Source of the DNA: Octopus vulgaris
Lineage: Eukaryota
Reading direction: 5' to 3'
Assembly: GCA_951406725.2 (NCBI GenBank)
Contig: OX597838.1
Location: forward strand, 29,450,001-29,514,000
Length of the DNA: 64,000 nucleotides
Position numbers and translations under genes: made by a program. The notes under the pieces were generated by a model, which saw only the letters and a program-made list of their open reading frames with translations, made no database searches and was not told the origin of the DNA. The first letter of the stretch is position 1. Every line of letters begins with the position of its first letter. Positions 41,816 to 55,812 of the stretch are shown piece after piece.

Positions 41816-42757
41816 TATTTCTTTAGTCCTCACAAGGGGCTAAACATAGAGGGGACAAACAAGGACGGACAAAGGGATTAAGTCGTTTACATCGACCCCA
41901 GTGCGTAACTGGTACTTTATTTATCGACCCCGGAAGGATGAAAGGCTAAGTCGACCCAGGCGGAATTTGAACTCGGAACGTAATGGCAGACGAAATACCT
42001 ATTTCTTTATTACCCACAAGGGGCTAAACACAGAGGGGACAAACAAGGACAGACATAGGTATTAAGTCGTTTACATCGACCCCAGTGTGAAACTGGTACT
42101 TTATTTATCGACCCCGGAAGGATGAAAGGCAAAGTCGACCCAGGTGGAATTTGAACTCGGAACGTAATGGCAGACGAAATACCTATTTCTTTACTACCCA
42201 CAAGGGGCTAAACACAGAGGGGACAAACAAGGACAGACATAGGTATTAAGTCGATTACATCGACCCCAGTGTGAAACTGGTACTTTATTTATCGACCCCG
42301 GAAGGATGAAAGGCAAAGTCGACCCAGGTGGAATTTGAACTCGGAACGTAATGGCAGACGAAATACCTATTTCTTTATTACCCACAAGGGGCTAAACACA
42401 GAGGGGACAAACAAGGACAGACATAGGTATTAAGTCGTTTACATCGACCCCAGTGTGAAACTGGTACTTTATTTATCGACCCCGGAAGGATGAAAGGCAA
42501 AGTCGACCCAGGTGGAATTTGAACTGGGAACGTAATGGCAGACAAAATACCTATTTCTTTATTACCCACAAGGGGCTAAACACAGAGGGGACAAACAAGG
42601 ACAGATATAGGTATTAAGTCGATTACATCAACCCCAGTGTGTAACTGGTACTTTATTTATCGACCCCGGAAGAATTTGAACTCGGAACGTAATGGCAGAC
42701 GAAATACCACTAAGCATTTCGCCCGGCGTGCTACCGTTTCCGCCAGCTCGCCACCTT
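41816..42757 (-). mobile_element. Head-to-tail pentamer of SINE family A (184-bp period)
   Basis: Units start at 41816, 42000, 42184, 42368 and 42552. Only the last unit, which is 5'-most on the minus strand, carries the tRNA A-box head. Confidence 0.9.
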
Positions 42758-43400
42758 AATTGTGCACACATACACATATCAAATTTCTACAGTTTCTGTG
42801 CACCAAATTAACTCACAAAGAGCACAGTTCAGCCTGGGGCTATAATAGAATAAACAGACCCAGGGTGGTGTACGATGGGACTGAACCTAATACTACATGA
42901 TTCCAAAGCAAACTTCTTAACCACATAGCCAAGAAAGTACGTTTATGATTTGCTTCCTTAAGTAACATTATTTTCCCATTCTCATTAATTGTTTTACTTG
43001 TGTTTCAATCATTGGACCCAGGCCATGCTGGGGTACCAGCATAACAAAAAAAAAAATAATACCAAAAAAAAATGTTTTTAAAAATGATGGAGGGGTGGGG
43101 GTGGGGCTTAATTATATTCACTTCATCTCCATTGAAAATAGTAAGGTACATTTATGTTTCCGGCCAATAAAAAGTCCAGCCATGGGGCGGGCCCATGGGA
43201 CCGGCTTGGGTTGTGAGTGGGGTAAGCGTGAGATTAAGGAAGGATGGCCACTTGCTCTTTCAAAAAACAGTGCAGCAGATCAATTATTTTGTTCTAGATC
43301 AGTGATATTGATTTTACTTAACAATAACAGCAACAGCCACTTTACAGGGCAATAAAATTTGCATATGTGTGTGTGTGAGTATATATATACACACACACGC

Positions 43401-43479
<79 letters not shown>

Positions 43480-44150
43480 GTAGAATTCAGGAGGTGTCAG
43501 GGTGCAGAGGTGGACGTGTGGGTTCGATAGAGCTGCAAATAGGTCATTACTATACAACAGAAACAGTGTGTGTGTGTGTGTGTGTGTGTAGCATCTGTAG
43601 CTCGCACTTCAACCTCTCCTCTTCATGCTCCTCCCTCCTTCCTCTCCATCTAATTTAACCAAACCACCCCCATCCCCCAATAGATATATCTATAAACACT
43701 ATCCCCTATCGCACAATCAACCTTCATCTTCTGAAGACAATACCATGACCCTCCTGCCTGAAGCTAACACAATCCATGTTTGTTGATACTCAACTTACCT
43801 CAGTATTGTACCTGTTTTTATCTTCTGTTACTTGTTTCAGTCATTAGACTGCGGCCATGCTGGGGCACCACCTTGAAGAATTTTTAGGTGAATGCATCAA
43901 CTTCTGTACTTATTTTTTTTTTTTTCAAACCTTATACTCATTCTATCGGTTTCTTTTGCCAATCTGCTAAGTTACAGGGAAATAAACACATCAGAAATGG
44001 ATGTCAAACAGTGGATGGTGCGGACAAAACCGAGACACTACAACACACACACACACACACATATATACAATGGGCTTCTTTCAATTTCCATCTAGCAAAT
44101 CCATTCATAAGGCTCTGATCGGCCCGAGGCTATAGTAGAATACTATAGTA

Positions 44151-44390
44151 GGGCGGCGAGCTGGCAGAAACATCAGCACGCCGGGCGAAATGCGTAGCCG
44201 TATTTCGTCTGCCGTTAAGTGTTCTGAGTTCAAATTCCGCCGAGGTCGACTTTGCCTTTCATCCTTTCCGGGTCGATAAATTAAGTACCAGTTACGCACT
44301 GGGGTGGATGTGATCGATTTAATCCCTTTGTCTGTCCTTGTTTGTCCCCTCTATGTTTAGCCCCTTGTGGGTAGTAAAAAAAAAAAAAAT
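44151..44390 (+). mobile_element. SINE family A with oligo(A) tail nested in a family B SINE
   Basis: Full monomer with TATAGTAGAATAC duplicated on both flanks; the host SINE continues on each side. Confidence 0.85.
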
Positions 44391-44688
44391 ATAGTAGAAT
44401 ACACTCGCCCACAGTTCCACGCAGTGGGACTGAACACTGAATCATGTGGCCGGTAAGCAAGCCTCTTACCACACAGCCACGCCTGCACCAAATTTGCTTG
44501 CATGATATAAATTAGTATATAAATAACAAAGAGCAACAAATTGGCAAAAATCACTACTCTGTTGGATAAAATGCTTAACACAAATTATTTCATCTCTATG
44601 TTCTGAGTTCAAATTCCACCAAGATCAAATTTGCCTTTCATCCTTCCGTACCAGTTGAGAACTCAGGGTTGATGTAAAGTTCCACAAA

Positions 44689-45767
44689 ATTTCAGGCCTT
44701 GTATCTATCATAAAAAAGGAATATTATATCAATCAGTTATCGACTATTTGAAACAGCTGTCAAGATGTGAACTGATTATCTTTATATATAAAAGTGAAGT
44801 TGTGTGAGTATCTGTCTCCTATGATTTAGATTCCTAACTACTCCCACATTTTGCGGTGAAGTTTAACCAAAAGCGGGTATCTTATAGTCGTCATTCATAT
44901 CAAGCCCTTCTGGGTATTAGCACGCGTCTATGATGAGTCTACGATTTAAAAAAATTTACCATCATTTTTTCCCATTTTTAATGCATTTTTTTTTGCTATT
45001 ATATAAGGGAAGTAACTCTCTAAAAATGCTTATATAGTTATTTCCCTTACAAACCCGAGCAACGCCGGGCGATACTGCTAGTGTCATATAAATTGTATAA
45101 GCAACTTTTTACATAACTACATTCCTTAACATTGCCTGTTATTGTTTGTCGGGTATTCCACTTCCATACCAACTCAATTCTAGTCATTTCAGGCCTTGTA
45201 TCTATCATACGAAAGAAATATTATATCAATCAGTCATCGACTATTTGAAACAGCTGTCAAGATGTGAGCTGATTATGTCATATAAATTGTATAAGCAACT
45301 TTTTACATAACTACATTCCTTAACATTGCCTGTTATTGTTTGTCGGGTTTTCCACTTCCATACCAACTCAATTCTAGTCATTTCAGGCCTTGTATCTATC
45401 ATACGAAAGAAATATTATATCAATCAGTCATCGACTATTTGAAACAGCTGTCAAGATGTGAGCTGATTATGTCATATAAATTGTATAAGCAACTTTTTAC
45501 ATAACTACATTCCTTAACACTGCCTGTTATTGTTTGTCGGGTTTTCCACTTCCATACCAACTCAATTCTAGTCATTTCAGGCCTTGTATCTATCATACGA
45601 AAGAAATATTATATCAATCAGTCATCGACTATTTGAAACAGCTGTCAAGATGTGAGCTGATTATGTCATATAAATTGTATAAGCAACTTTTTACATAACT
45701 ACATTACTTAACATTGCTTGTTATTGTTTGTCAGTTTTTCCACTTCCATACCAACTCAATGCCAGTC
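44689..45767. repeat. 194-bp tandem repeat, 4 copies; the first is interrupted by a Helitron
   Basis: ATTTCAGGCCTTGTATCTATCAT occurs at 44689, 45186, 45380 and 45574. Spacings are 497 (194+303), 194 and 194. Confidence 0.92.
44779..45081 (+). mobile_element. Non-autonomous Helitron, 303 bp
   Basis: A|TC...CCCGAGCAACGCCGGG (hairpin) CGATACTGCTAG|T, with no TSD. The empty site CTGATTA|TGTCAT is present in the three sister repeat units. Confidence 0.9.
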
Positions 45768-45949
45768 GTTCTTCCAGCCGATTTCTTTCACTTCTGGACA
45801 ATCTCACCGCAATGAAGAATGCAGTGTTTAAGGTTCTGACTTCCCAAAGCACAACTTGCTGACTATCATCCATACCACAACTATACTAGCATTTTATCAA
45901 ATATTGTTTATAGACATACATACATACATATCTACATATGCATATACAT

Positions 45950-47095
45950 CATGGGCACAACAAACACCATCCAATCGTGGCCGTTCGCCAGCCTCATCTA
46001 GCACCTGTGTCGGTGGCACATAAAAACACCATCCGAAGACCCGGCAAGACTAGTCAGGCCATAAACCATGGCCCCTACCTGGGACGTCGCCAGCCTCATC
46101 TAGCACCTGTGTCGGTGGCACATAAAAACACCATCCGAAGACCCGGCAAGACTAGTCTGGCCATAAACCATGGCCCCTACCTGGGACGTAGTCAGTCCAC
46201 CTGTGCATACCTTCCTCCTTGTGATACTTGTGAAGGCCTGTTGAGGCAAGTGAAAATCAAAATCAAATCAAAACAAATCAAAATAGATGAACATCAATGG
46301 AATTTGTATCTTCGTGGTACCAGTGCCGGTGGCACACAAGAGAAAACCATCCGAAAGTGGCCGTAGCCAGTACCGCATCGACTGGCCTCCGTGCTGTGGG
46401 CACATGACAAACACCATCCGATCGTGGCCGTTCGCTAGCCTCATCTAGCACCTGTGTCGGTGGCACATAAAAACACCATCCGAAGACCCGGCAAGACTAG
46501 TCAGGCCATAACCCATGGCCCCTACCTGGGACGTAGTCAGTCCACCTGTGCATACCTTCCTTCTTGTGACACTTGTGAAGACCTGTTGAGGCAAGTGAAA
46601 ATCAAAACAAATCAAAATAGATGAACATCAATGGAATTTGTATCTTTGTGGTACCAGTGCCGGTGGCACGTGGCACACAAGAAAACCATCCGAACGTGGC
46701 CGTAGCCAGTACTGCATCGACTGGCCTCCGTGCTGTGGGCACGTAACAAGCACCATCCGATCGTGGCCGTTTGCCAGCCTCATCTGACTCCTGTGTCGGT
46801 GGCACATAAAAACACCATCCGAGCGTGGCCGTCTGCCAGCCTCGTCTGGCACCTGTGTCGGTGGCACATAAAAAACACCATCCGAGCGTGGCCGTTTGCC
46901 AGCCTCGTCTGGCACCTGTGTCGGTGGCACATAAAATCACCCACTACACTCTCGGAGTGGTTGGCGTTAGGAAGGGCATCCAGCTGTAGAAACACTGCCA
47001 GATCTGACTGGACTGGTGCAGCTTTCGGGCTCCCCAGACCCCAGTTGAACCGTCCAACCCATGCTAGCATGGAAGGCGGACGTTAAATGATGATG
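45950..47095 (+). mobile_element. Long family C element with internal tandem duplications and (GAT)n tail
   Basis: 46620-47090 is the reverse complement of 10054-10580. Upstream blocks are duplicated (45986-46086/46087-46187, and 46187-46430 vs 46530-46790). Confidence 0.8.
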
Positions 47096-47733
47096 ATGAT
47101 GATCATCATCATCATCATCATTATCATCATCATTTAATGTCTGCTTTCCATGCTGGTTCATTCCCAAAGCTTCGTTTGTGTTAGGTTGCCAGCCGTGGCA
47201 CTGAACCTGAAACCACATGGTTAAGAATCAAACATCTTAACCACACAACCGTCTTTCTGCATTCCATAACACTCCTTTCACACACACACACATACAACTG
47301 TGTTTATATGAATGTATATATGTACACATAAAGATATAGTCTTTCATTCTTTTATTTGTTTCAGTCATTTGACTGTGGCCATGCTGGAGCACCGCCTTTA
47401 GTCAAACAAATCGATCCCAGGACTTGTTCTTTGTAAGCCTAGTACTTATCCTATCGGTTGCTTTTGCCGAACTGCTAAGTTACAGGGATGTAAACACACC
47501 AACATCGGTTGTCAAGCAACCGTGGAGGGACAAACACAAACGCAGACACACAAACATATACATATATATATATTCTTTTATTCTTTTATTCTTTTACTTG
47601 TTTCAGTCATTTTGACTGCGGCCATGCTGGAGCATCACCTTTAGTCGAGCAAATCGACCCCGGGACTTATTCGTTGTAAGCCCAGTACTTATTCTATCGG
47701 TCTCTTTTGCCGAACCGCTAAGTGACGGGGACA

Positions 47734-47780
<47 letters not shown>

Positions 47781-48759
47781 ACATATATATATACGACAGG
47801 CTTCTTTCAGTTTCCGTTGACCAAATCCACTCACAAGGCTTTGGTTGGCCCGGGGCTATAGTAGAAGGCAGTTGCCCAAAGTGCCACACAGAGGAACTGA
47901 ACCTGGAACCATGTGGTTGGTAAGCAAGCTACTTACCACACAGCCATATGTGTATATGTATTATATATGTGTATATGTATTATATATGTATATATGTATT
48001 ATATGTGTGTGTGTGTGTGTGTGTGTGAATAGTAGAGGTAGCTAATATCCACGGGGATTCTTCTTTTCTGACCAAGGTCAAGCATGATTCAGTAAATTTA
48101 TGATAAAAGACATTTCAGCCATGACCATCACATCTTTGATTCGTTTTTTATTTTTCTAATGAGGTAGTAGGGGCGATTTTGGCTGCTATTTCCAGCTGGT
48201 CAAGCCAGTAAGTTTGAGGCTCTTCATAAGCACATGACAGAGGATGTTGTAAAACTGGGTGAGTGTATATGGGAAGGAGGGAGGGTAAGGGATGAGGGGG
48301 GAGGTATCTGAGCAAGTGGCTGTGTGTGCAAAAGTGTGTCAGGGCATGTGTGCATATGACTGCATATGTGTGTGTGTGTGTACATGCATGTGGAAGAGTG
48401 TGTGTGAGTGAACAAGTGAGTGTATATGCAGAGGCGCGTTGTAAGTGGGTGTATAACGTATTTCATCCTCAACACTTGTATTCAGTACAGCAGTATGTGT
48501 GTGTATGTGTCTGAATGTATATGTGTGTGCATATATGTATATATGTGTGTGTGTGTGTGTGTCTGAATGTATGTGTGTGCATATATGTATATATGTGTGT
48601 GTGTGTATATATATATATACATACATCTATATACACACATATATATATATATATACTTATATATATATACTTATAAATATATATATATACTTATATATAT
48701 ATATATATACTTATATATATATATCATCTATATATATATATATAGTATGTATATGTATT

Positions 48760-48808
<49 letters not shown>

Positions 48809-49134
48809 TGTATGTATTATATATATACATGGAAATAGTAGTTTTGATACCTGTGCCGGTAGCACATAAAAAGCACCATCCAAACGTGGCCGTTGCCAGC
48901 ACCACTGGCACCTGTGCAGGTGGCACATAAAAAGCACTCACTACACTCACGGAGTGGTTGGCGTTAGGAAGGGCATCAAGCTGTAGAAACATTGCCAGAT
49001 CAGACTGGAGCTTGGTGCAGCCCCTGGCTTCCCAGACCCCAGTCGAACCATCCAACCCGTGCTAGCGCGGAAAACGGACGTTAAACGATGATGATGATGA
49101 TGATGATGATGATGCATATATATATTTATACATA

Positions 49135-49430
49135 TCTCTCTCTATATAAACGGCAGTTTGTCTGTGCGTGTTTCTGTGTGTCTGTTTTCTCGTACCCTCA
49201 CTCTGACCACGGCTTTCAACCGATTCTGATGAAACTTGACACACACATAGCCAAATGTCATAATTGAAAACTAACGCAGCGAAAATTTTGAAAAGTTCCC
49301 CCAGTTCTGAAAAAAATCGATAAATTCAACATGGGGTCAAGAATCAGAAACACAAACCACAAACTGTCTAGGGGACGCAACTCCACCTTTTTTCCCTTAC
49401 AAACCTGAGCAACGCCGGGCGATACTGCTA

Positions 49431-49431
<1 letters not shown>
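49135..49431 (+). mobile_element. Non-autonomous Helitron, about 297 bp
   Basis: A|TCTCTCTCTATATAAA...TTTCCCTTACAAACCTGAGCAACGCCGGGCGATACTGCTAG|T, sharing its 3' ~40 bp with 44779-45081. Confidence 0.82.
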
Positions 49432-49471
<40 letters not shown>

Positions 49472-49944
49472 TATATGTATATGCCTGTGTATATATATAA
49501 ATAGAATCCATGGCCAAGCAACACTTATACATGTTTATGTGCATGTACATATATATATATATGGGTGTAGATGAGGTTATGTGTGTGTGTGCACGCGCAG
49601 GGGTGGGGTGGGGGGTGAATGTTTACGTGCAAGTGTGTGTTTGTGTTTACATGTATATAACATATAAACCCTTCCTTCTTGTATTTCTCCATGTGTCGGT
49701 GCACATGGAAACGTGTGTGCATACACATATGTAGAATACGTATATATGCGAATATGTTAACCTGTATGTGGGTGTATACGTTTGTCTATGGGTGTTACGT
49801 ATCTCTGTACATATATGTGTGTAGCTATGTGTGTGCTAGTCTATGGGAGCACATGTACGCCAATGTGTGTGTGAATACAAAGGCCTATATGGAGCTGTGC
49901 ATATGTGTATGTATGTATACATACATATGCATGAGAATGTATAC

Positions 49945-50000
<56 letters not shown>

Positions 50001-50190
50001 TTATGTTTACGTGTTCTTGTGTATATATACAGTTATGTACACAAGTGTATATATGTAAGTATACACACACACACACATGTGTGTGTGTGGATATGTCTCT
50101 GAGGTTTGTATATACATGTATGTATATATGCATATATGTATATCTATCTATATATGTGTATATATATGTGTGTTATATAGTATATATATA

Positions 50191-50238
<48 letters not shown>

Positions 50239-50414
50239 CACACACATGTATGTATATGTGTACACGTGCTTGTGAGGTGTGTGTATAACAACTAACAATT
50301 TTCTTCCAACTCAATACACATAAATAAAATCGACTGCCCTACTTAAGTGCAAGCACTTCACACATCAATAAAACACACACACACACACACACATACACAC
50401 ACACACACATACAG

Positions 50415-50447
<33 letters not shown>

Positions 50448-50661
50448 GACACCCACATGCACATACAAATATATCCGTCATCATCATCACCACTGTTGTT
50501 GTTTTACATCCTCTCCCCCATTCTGGCAGGGGTTGGAAGGGGTTGGAACGGCCCCCTCACAGTCCAAGCCAGTTCTTGTTCAAAAGTTACTCAACTCTTA
50601 ATGCAGTTTGGGAGTCTATGTTACACTAATGCTTTATACATAACACACACGTGTGTGTATC

Positions 50662-50693
<32 letters not shown>

Positions 50694-50786
50694 CATACAT
50701 ATACACAATAAACACATATGCATACTTATATATACATAATACACATATATGTATACATGCATACATACATATATATATACACATAC

Positions 50787-50822
<36 letters not shown>

Positions 50823-50989
50823 ATAATGCATATATATATATACATATATGTACATATATTATATATATATATATATATATACATACATGCATATATATAT
50901 ATATATACATAATGCATGCATATATATATATACATATATGTATATATATTATATATATATACATATATATACATACATGCATATATAAG

Positions 50990-51037
<48 letters not shown>

Positions 51038-51159
51038 CACACACACACACACATCATCATCATCAGCATCATAATGATTTGTATATGCATATTATATGAA
51101 GACTTCCTCTGTGGCTGAGAGATCAGGTATCCAGAGAGATATGCATTGATTACACTATC

Positions 51160-51430
51160 GAAGGTAGATTTATGGTGATTAGGGTCTATGCCAATGTATC
51201 TGGGGTATTAATTAGGTCTGTGGTGGGGAGACTATAGTGAAGATTTCAAATCTAAAGTAACATTAGAAAGTCAGCTTTTTCTCAAGTGTTTTCAAAGAAG
51301 ATAAATAAATTAAAATTAGCAAAGAGTTTACATAAGTTTTTTTTTCAGTTTTCCCTAATTTGGATTTATTTAGGCCTGTAGCAACAAACAATGCATCATC
51401 CTTATACAAATGCCCTTTGAGGTAAAGGAA
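51160..51430 (-). pseudogene. Decayed Penelope-like reverse transcriptase fragment
   Basis: Piecewise translation gives GHLYKDDALFV..KLFANFNL..EKADF..VTLDLK..PHHRPN*YPRYI..PNHH, recalling the PLE YRDDG..VDFLDVTLDL..PYRKPN..YI..SNHP region. Confidence 0.6.
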
Positions 51431-51611
51431 ATACATGCAGGGTTGCTGGAGGCGGTACAGTCTGACCATATATACGTGCTATAACAGAACCCTAACATGG
51501 ATCCTTAGATCCAGCCTTAGCTGTGATCTTGGAACTCAGTGGTCGACCAAATGTAGCACTTAGTCAACGATCTGTTCATTTAGATCACAAGTGAACTAAA
51601 CCCCTCATACT

Positions 51612-51656
<45 letters not shown>

Positions 51657-52026
51657 TATATTTAAGTATATATATATATATACACACACACATATATATA
51701 TATGTGTGTATATATATATATATATATGTAAATATGTAAATATATATATGTATATATATATATCTATGTGTATATATATATATATATGTGTATATAAATA
51801 TGTATATATATGTATATATGTAAATATATACCCACTACACTCATGGAGTGGCTTGGCGTTAGGAAGGGCATCCAGCCATAGAAACATTGCCAGATGAGAC
51901 TGGGTCTGGTGCAGCCTTCTGGCTTCCCAGATCCCAGTTGAACCATTCTACCCATGCTAGCATGGAAAGCGGACGCTAAATGATGATGATGATAATGATG
52001 ATGATATATATGTGTGTGTACATATA

Positions 52027-52075
<49 letters not shown>

Positions 52076-52942
52076 GTAAATATATAAGTTTAAATATATA
52101 TATATATGTGTGTACGTATGTATTTAAATATATATATATCGATATGGATATGTATATATATATGTATGTATGTATGTATGTATATATATGCATATATATA
52201 TGTGTATATATTTATATATATATATAAACATATGTATATATATATGGATATGTATATATATCAACATAACCATTAGCAGCAGCACCATCCCTGTTTAATG
52301 TCCACTCTTCCAAGCTTACATGGAATTTGATGAGGCAGATTTTCTTCATATCATACACTGCTATCATTATTACTATTATTATTATCATTATCATTATTAT
52401 TACTACTACTACTATTATTATTATTATTATTATTATAATTATTATTATTACTACTACTACTACTATTATTATTATTATTATAATAATTATTATTATTACT
52501 ACTACTACTACTATTATTATCATTATCATTATCATTATTATTAGTAGTAGTAGTAGTATCATACACAAACATACACCACGCGCATGCACACAAGCATGTC
52601 TATACATATATACACCAGCACATATGTATGTCAATACGCTCATTTGCTCACTCCCAAACGAAAAATTAAAACAAGTTCCTATTAACATACAAAAATGTAT
52701 GTACGTATCCACATACATATACTCATACATACGTAAACACCCCCCCCCCAAATATATAGGCACGTGTCCACATTACTGTGTGTGTGTGTTTGTGTGTATA
52801 ACATCCTTGTTGCACCATAAACATGGCTCCTACATATGACTCAGCCAGAGAAAGGGCATGAACCTAAGAATATAGATATGTTTCCTAGTTAATGATGCTC
52901 ACTCAAACCCGCTCCTACTTCCTCTATCTCACTCTCTCTCTT

Positions 52943-52986
<44 letters not shown>

Positions 52987-53065
52987 AACAACACTCACAC
53001 AAACACACACATATACTCAACAACACTTTCTCTCTCTCTCTCTCTCTGTATCTAACTATCTATCC

Positions 53066-53480
53066 TATTTCTTTACTACCCACAAGGGGCTAAACATAGG
53101 GGTGACAAACAAGTACAGACATAGGTATTAAGTCGATTACATCGACCCCAGTGCGTAACTGGTACTTATTTAATCGACCCCGAAAGGATGAAAGGCAAAG
53201 TCGACCTCGGTGGAATTTGAACTCACGACGTAACGGCAGATGAAATACCTATTTCTTTATTACCCAGAAGGGGCTAAACACAGAGGGAACAAACAAGTAC
53301 AGACATAGGTATTAAGTCGACTACATCGACCCCAGTGCATAACTGGTACTTATTTAATCAACCCCGAAATGATGAAAGGCAAAGTTGACGTCGGCGGAGT
53401 TTGAACTCACAACGTAACGGCAGACGAAATACCGCTAAGCAATTCGCCCGGCGCGCTAACGATTCTGCCAGCTCGCCGCC
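53066..53480 (-). mobile_element. Head-to-tail dimer of SINE family A bounded by one 19-bp TSD
   Basis: Units start at 53066 and 53250 (184 bp apart). TGTATCTAACT(A/G)TCTATCC occurs at 53047-53065 and 53482-53500. Confidence 0.9.
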
Positions 53481-53622
53481 TTGTATCTAACTGTCTATCC
53501 GTTTGTCTTTTTACTTGTTTCAGTCACAACTGTGGCCATGCTGGGGCACTACCTCGAGCACTTCTGTCAAACAAATCGCCCCCCCCACCCCGCAAGTACT
53601 ACCGCATTTTTTTCTTTTTTAA

Positions 53623-53843
53623 CCCTTTACTGTTCAAACTGGCCACATCCGGCCCAATATATTCTACATGTTTTATATTTGAACTAGCCATATCTAGCCT
53701 CTCACACCTACCCTACAATGTCATTCTAAAAATAAATAATCACATCACTGAAACCTCAAAGCTACAAGATAATGCAAGATTAATTCAAAACAATTTGAGT
53801 GAAAAAGCATTACATTCAACAGAATAATCTGAATGCTAAAGGG
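53623..53843. mobile_element. piggyBac-type MITE (second family)
   Basis: TTAA|CCCTTTACTGTTCA...TGAATGCTAAAGGG|TTAA. Confidence 0.8.
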
Positions 53844-53983
53844 TTAATTCTGGTATTTAATCAGTTGATCTCTTTTACTAGATTATGAGGACATAAACAA
53901 ACCAACACTGGTCATCAAAAGACGAGGACATTAACAAACACCGACCCAAAGACTCACACATACAGACATATATGTTTGTATGT

Positions 53984-54604
53984 AGGACCCCCTTTGGTCA
54001 TGACTGACCATGGGGTTGCACCTAGGAAGTTCCCCCTCCGAGGCACAAGTCCAAGCAAGGTTGTTTATGGAAGACCAGCAGTTGCCCATACATACCAGCC
54101 TCCCCTCTTCATTCCACCGATGTTATCCAAAGGAATGGCAAAGGCTGATATAGCTTGGCGCCAGAGACGTTGCAATTCATTTCTACAGCTGAGTGAACTG
54201 GAGCAACGTGAAATAAAATGTCTTGCTCAAGAACACAACACACAGCCTAGTCTGGGAATCGAACTCGCAAAGACCTCCTTTCATTAAGAATGATCATGGG
54301 ATTACACCTAGGAAGTTACCTTCCGAGGCACAAGTCTGGGTAAGGTTATTTATGGAAAACCAGCATCACCCATGCATAACAGACTCTCCTCTCCACACCA
54401 TTGATGTTATCCAAGGGAAAGGCAAAGGGGCCAATACAGCTTGGCACCAGTGACATCACAACTCATTTTCTACAGCTGAGTGATCTGGAGCAATGTGAAA
54501 TGAAGTGTCTTGCTCAAGAACACAACACGCAGCCTGGTCCAGGAATCGAACTCACAACCTCACGATTGTAAGCTCAACGCTCTAGCCACTGAGCCATGTG
54601 TCTT
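53984..54604 (-). mobile_element. Dimeric tRNA/CORE-like SINE, family E
   Basis: Minus-strand head TGGCTCAGTGGCTAGAGCG..GAGTTCGATTCC, then TTCTTGAGCAAGACACTT...CTCCAG..CACTCAGCTGTAGAAA. Two monomers are joined at about 54270. Confidence 0.78.
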
Positions 54605-54802
54605 CATGTACTTCATGTAAACATGTATATATGTATGTTTAGAGTAAAGATTATTTGCCAACATAACATGGCAGTCCTGGTTTAGGATGAATATTGCTGT
54701 AATTTAGCACCAGGAGACTTTTTTTTCCTGTGATTCCGAAAAAGAAAAGCTCTACTTTGTATTTTGTCCCTTCTGTGTTCAGCCCTGCATGGCCAATAAA
54801 GA

Positions 54803-54803
54803 A

Positions 54804-54852
<49 letters not shown>

Positions 54853-55012
54853 CCTACCTATCTATCTATCTATCTATCTATTTGTCTATCTATCTATTTG
54901 TCTATCTATCTGTTTATCTATCTATTTGTCTATCTATCTATCTATCAAATTGTCTGTCTATCTATCTATCTATTTGTCTATCTATCTGTCAATCTATCTA
55001 TCTATCTATCTA

Positions 55013-55047
<35 letters not shown>

Positions 55048-55080
55048 GTCTATCTATTTGTGTCTGTCTATAGATCTATC

Positions 55081-55130
<50 letters not shown>

Positions 55131-55210
55131 CATATATATATATATCTGTCTATCTATCTGTCTGTCTGTCTATCTATCTGTCTATCATTCTATTGTCTGT
55201 CTGTCTGTCT
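54803..55210. repeat. (TCTA/TCTG)n with (TA)n
   Basis: Directly visible. Confidence 0.95.
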
Positions 55211-55764
55211 GCCTCTCTCTCTCTCTTTCACCCTCTCTATATATACGTCTGTGTGGAGCGACATGTATATATGCATGTGTTTATGTGTATGTGTTTGTGT
55301 GTGTGTATGTATGTGTGTGTATGCCGACATGCATGAAGGCATGTAACGTATGCATATACGTATGTACGTCTGTATGATAGACGTACGCATGGCTATATAT
55401 GAATGGCTGCGTATCTCTAACTTGATAGACAGACGCCATACATCCTTTTCGTTTATCCCTCCCTCATCTCTTACAACTCACATTGCCAGCCACAATGAAA
55501 GGAGGTATATGATCCCACAGGTAGGCATATGGGGGTTCGCAGTCATAAAGCTAAAGCTTGTAAGTTCAAATCATGAGGTGACAGGTGCATTGTGTTCTTG
55601 AGCAATGCACTTCATTTCACGTTGGCCCTGTCTACTCAGCTGTAAACAAGTACCAACCAAGGTGTTGGTAAAGCTCTCCCTACCACAATACCACCACCAC
55701 CACCACCACCACTATCACCAGCTGTCACATCCTGGACTTTCCAGGTGTAAATCCATGCTCTCTC

Positions 55765-55812
<48 letters not shown>

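Noticed and set aside
43150-43210. CCAAT plus GGGGCGGG as a promoter
   Set aside because: Two short motifs with no linked exon or other evidence.
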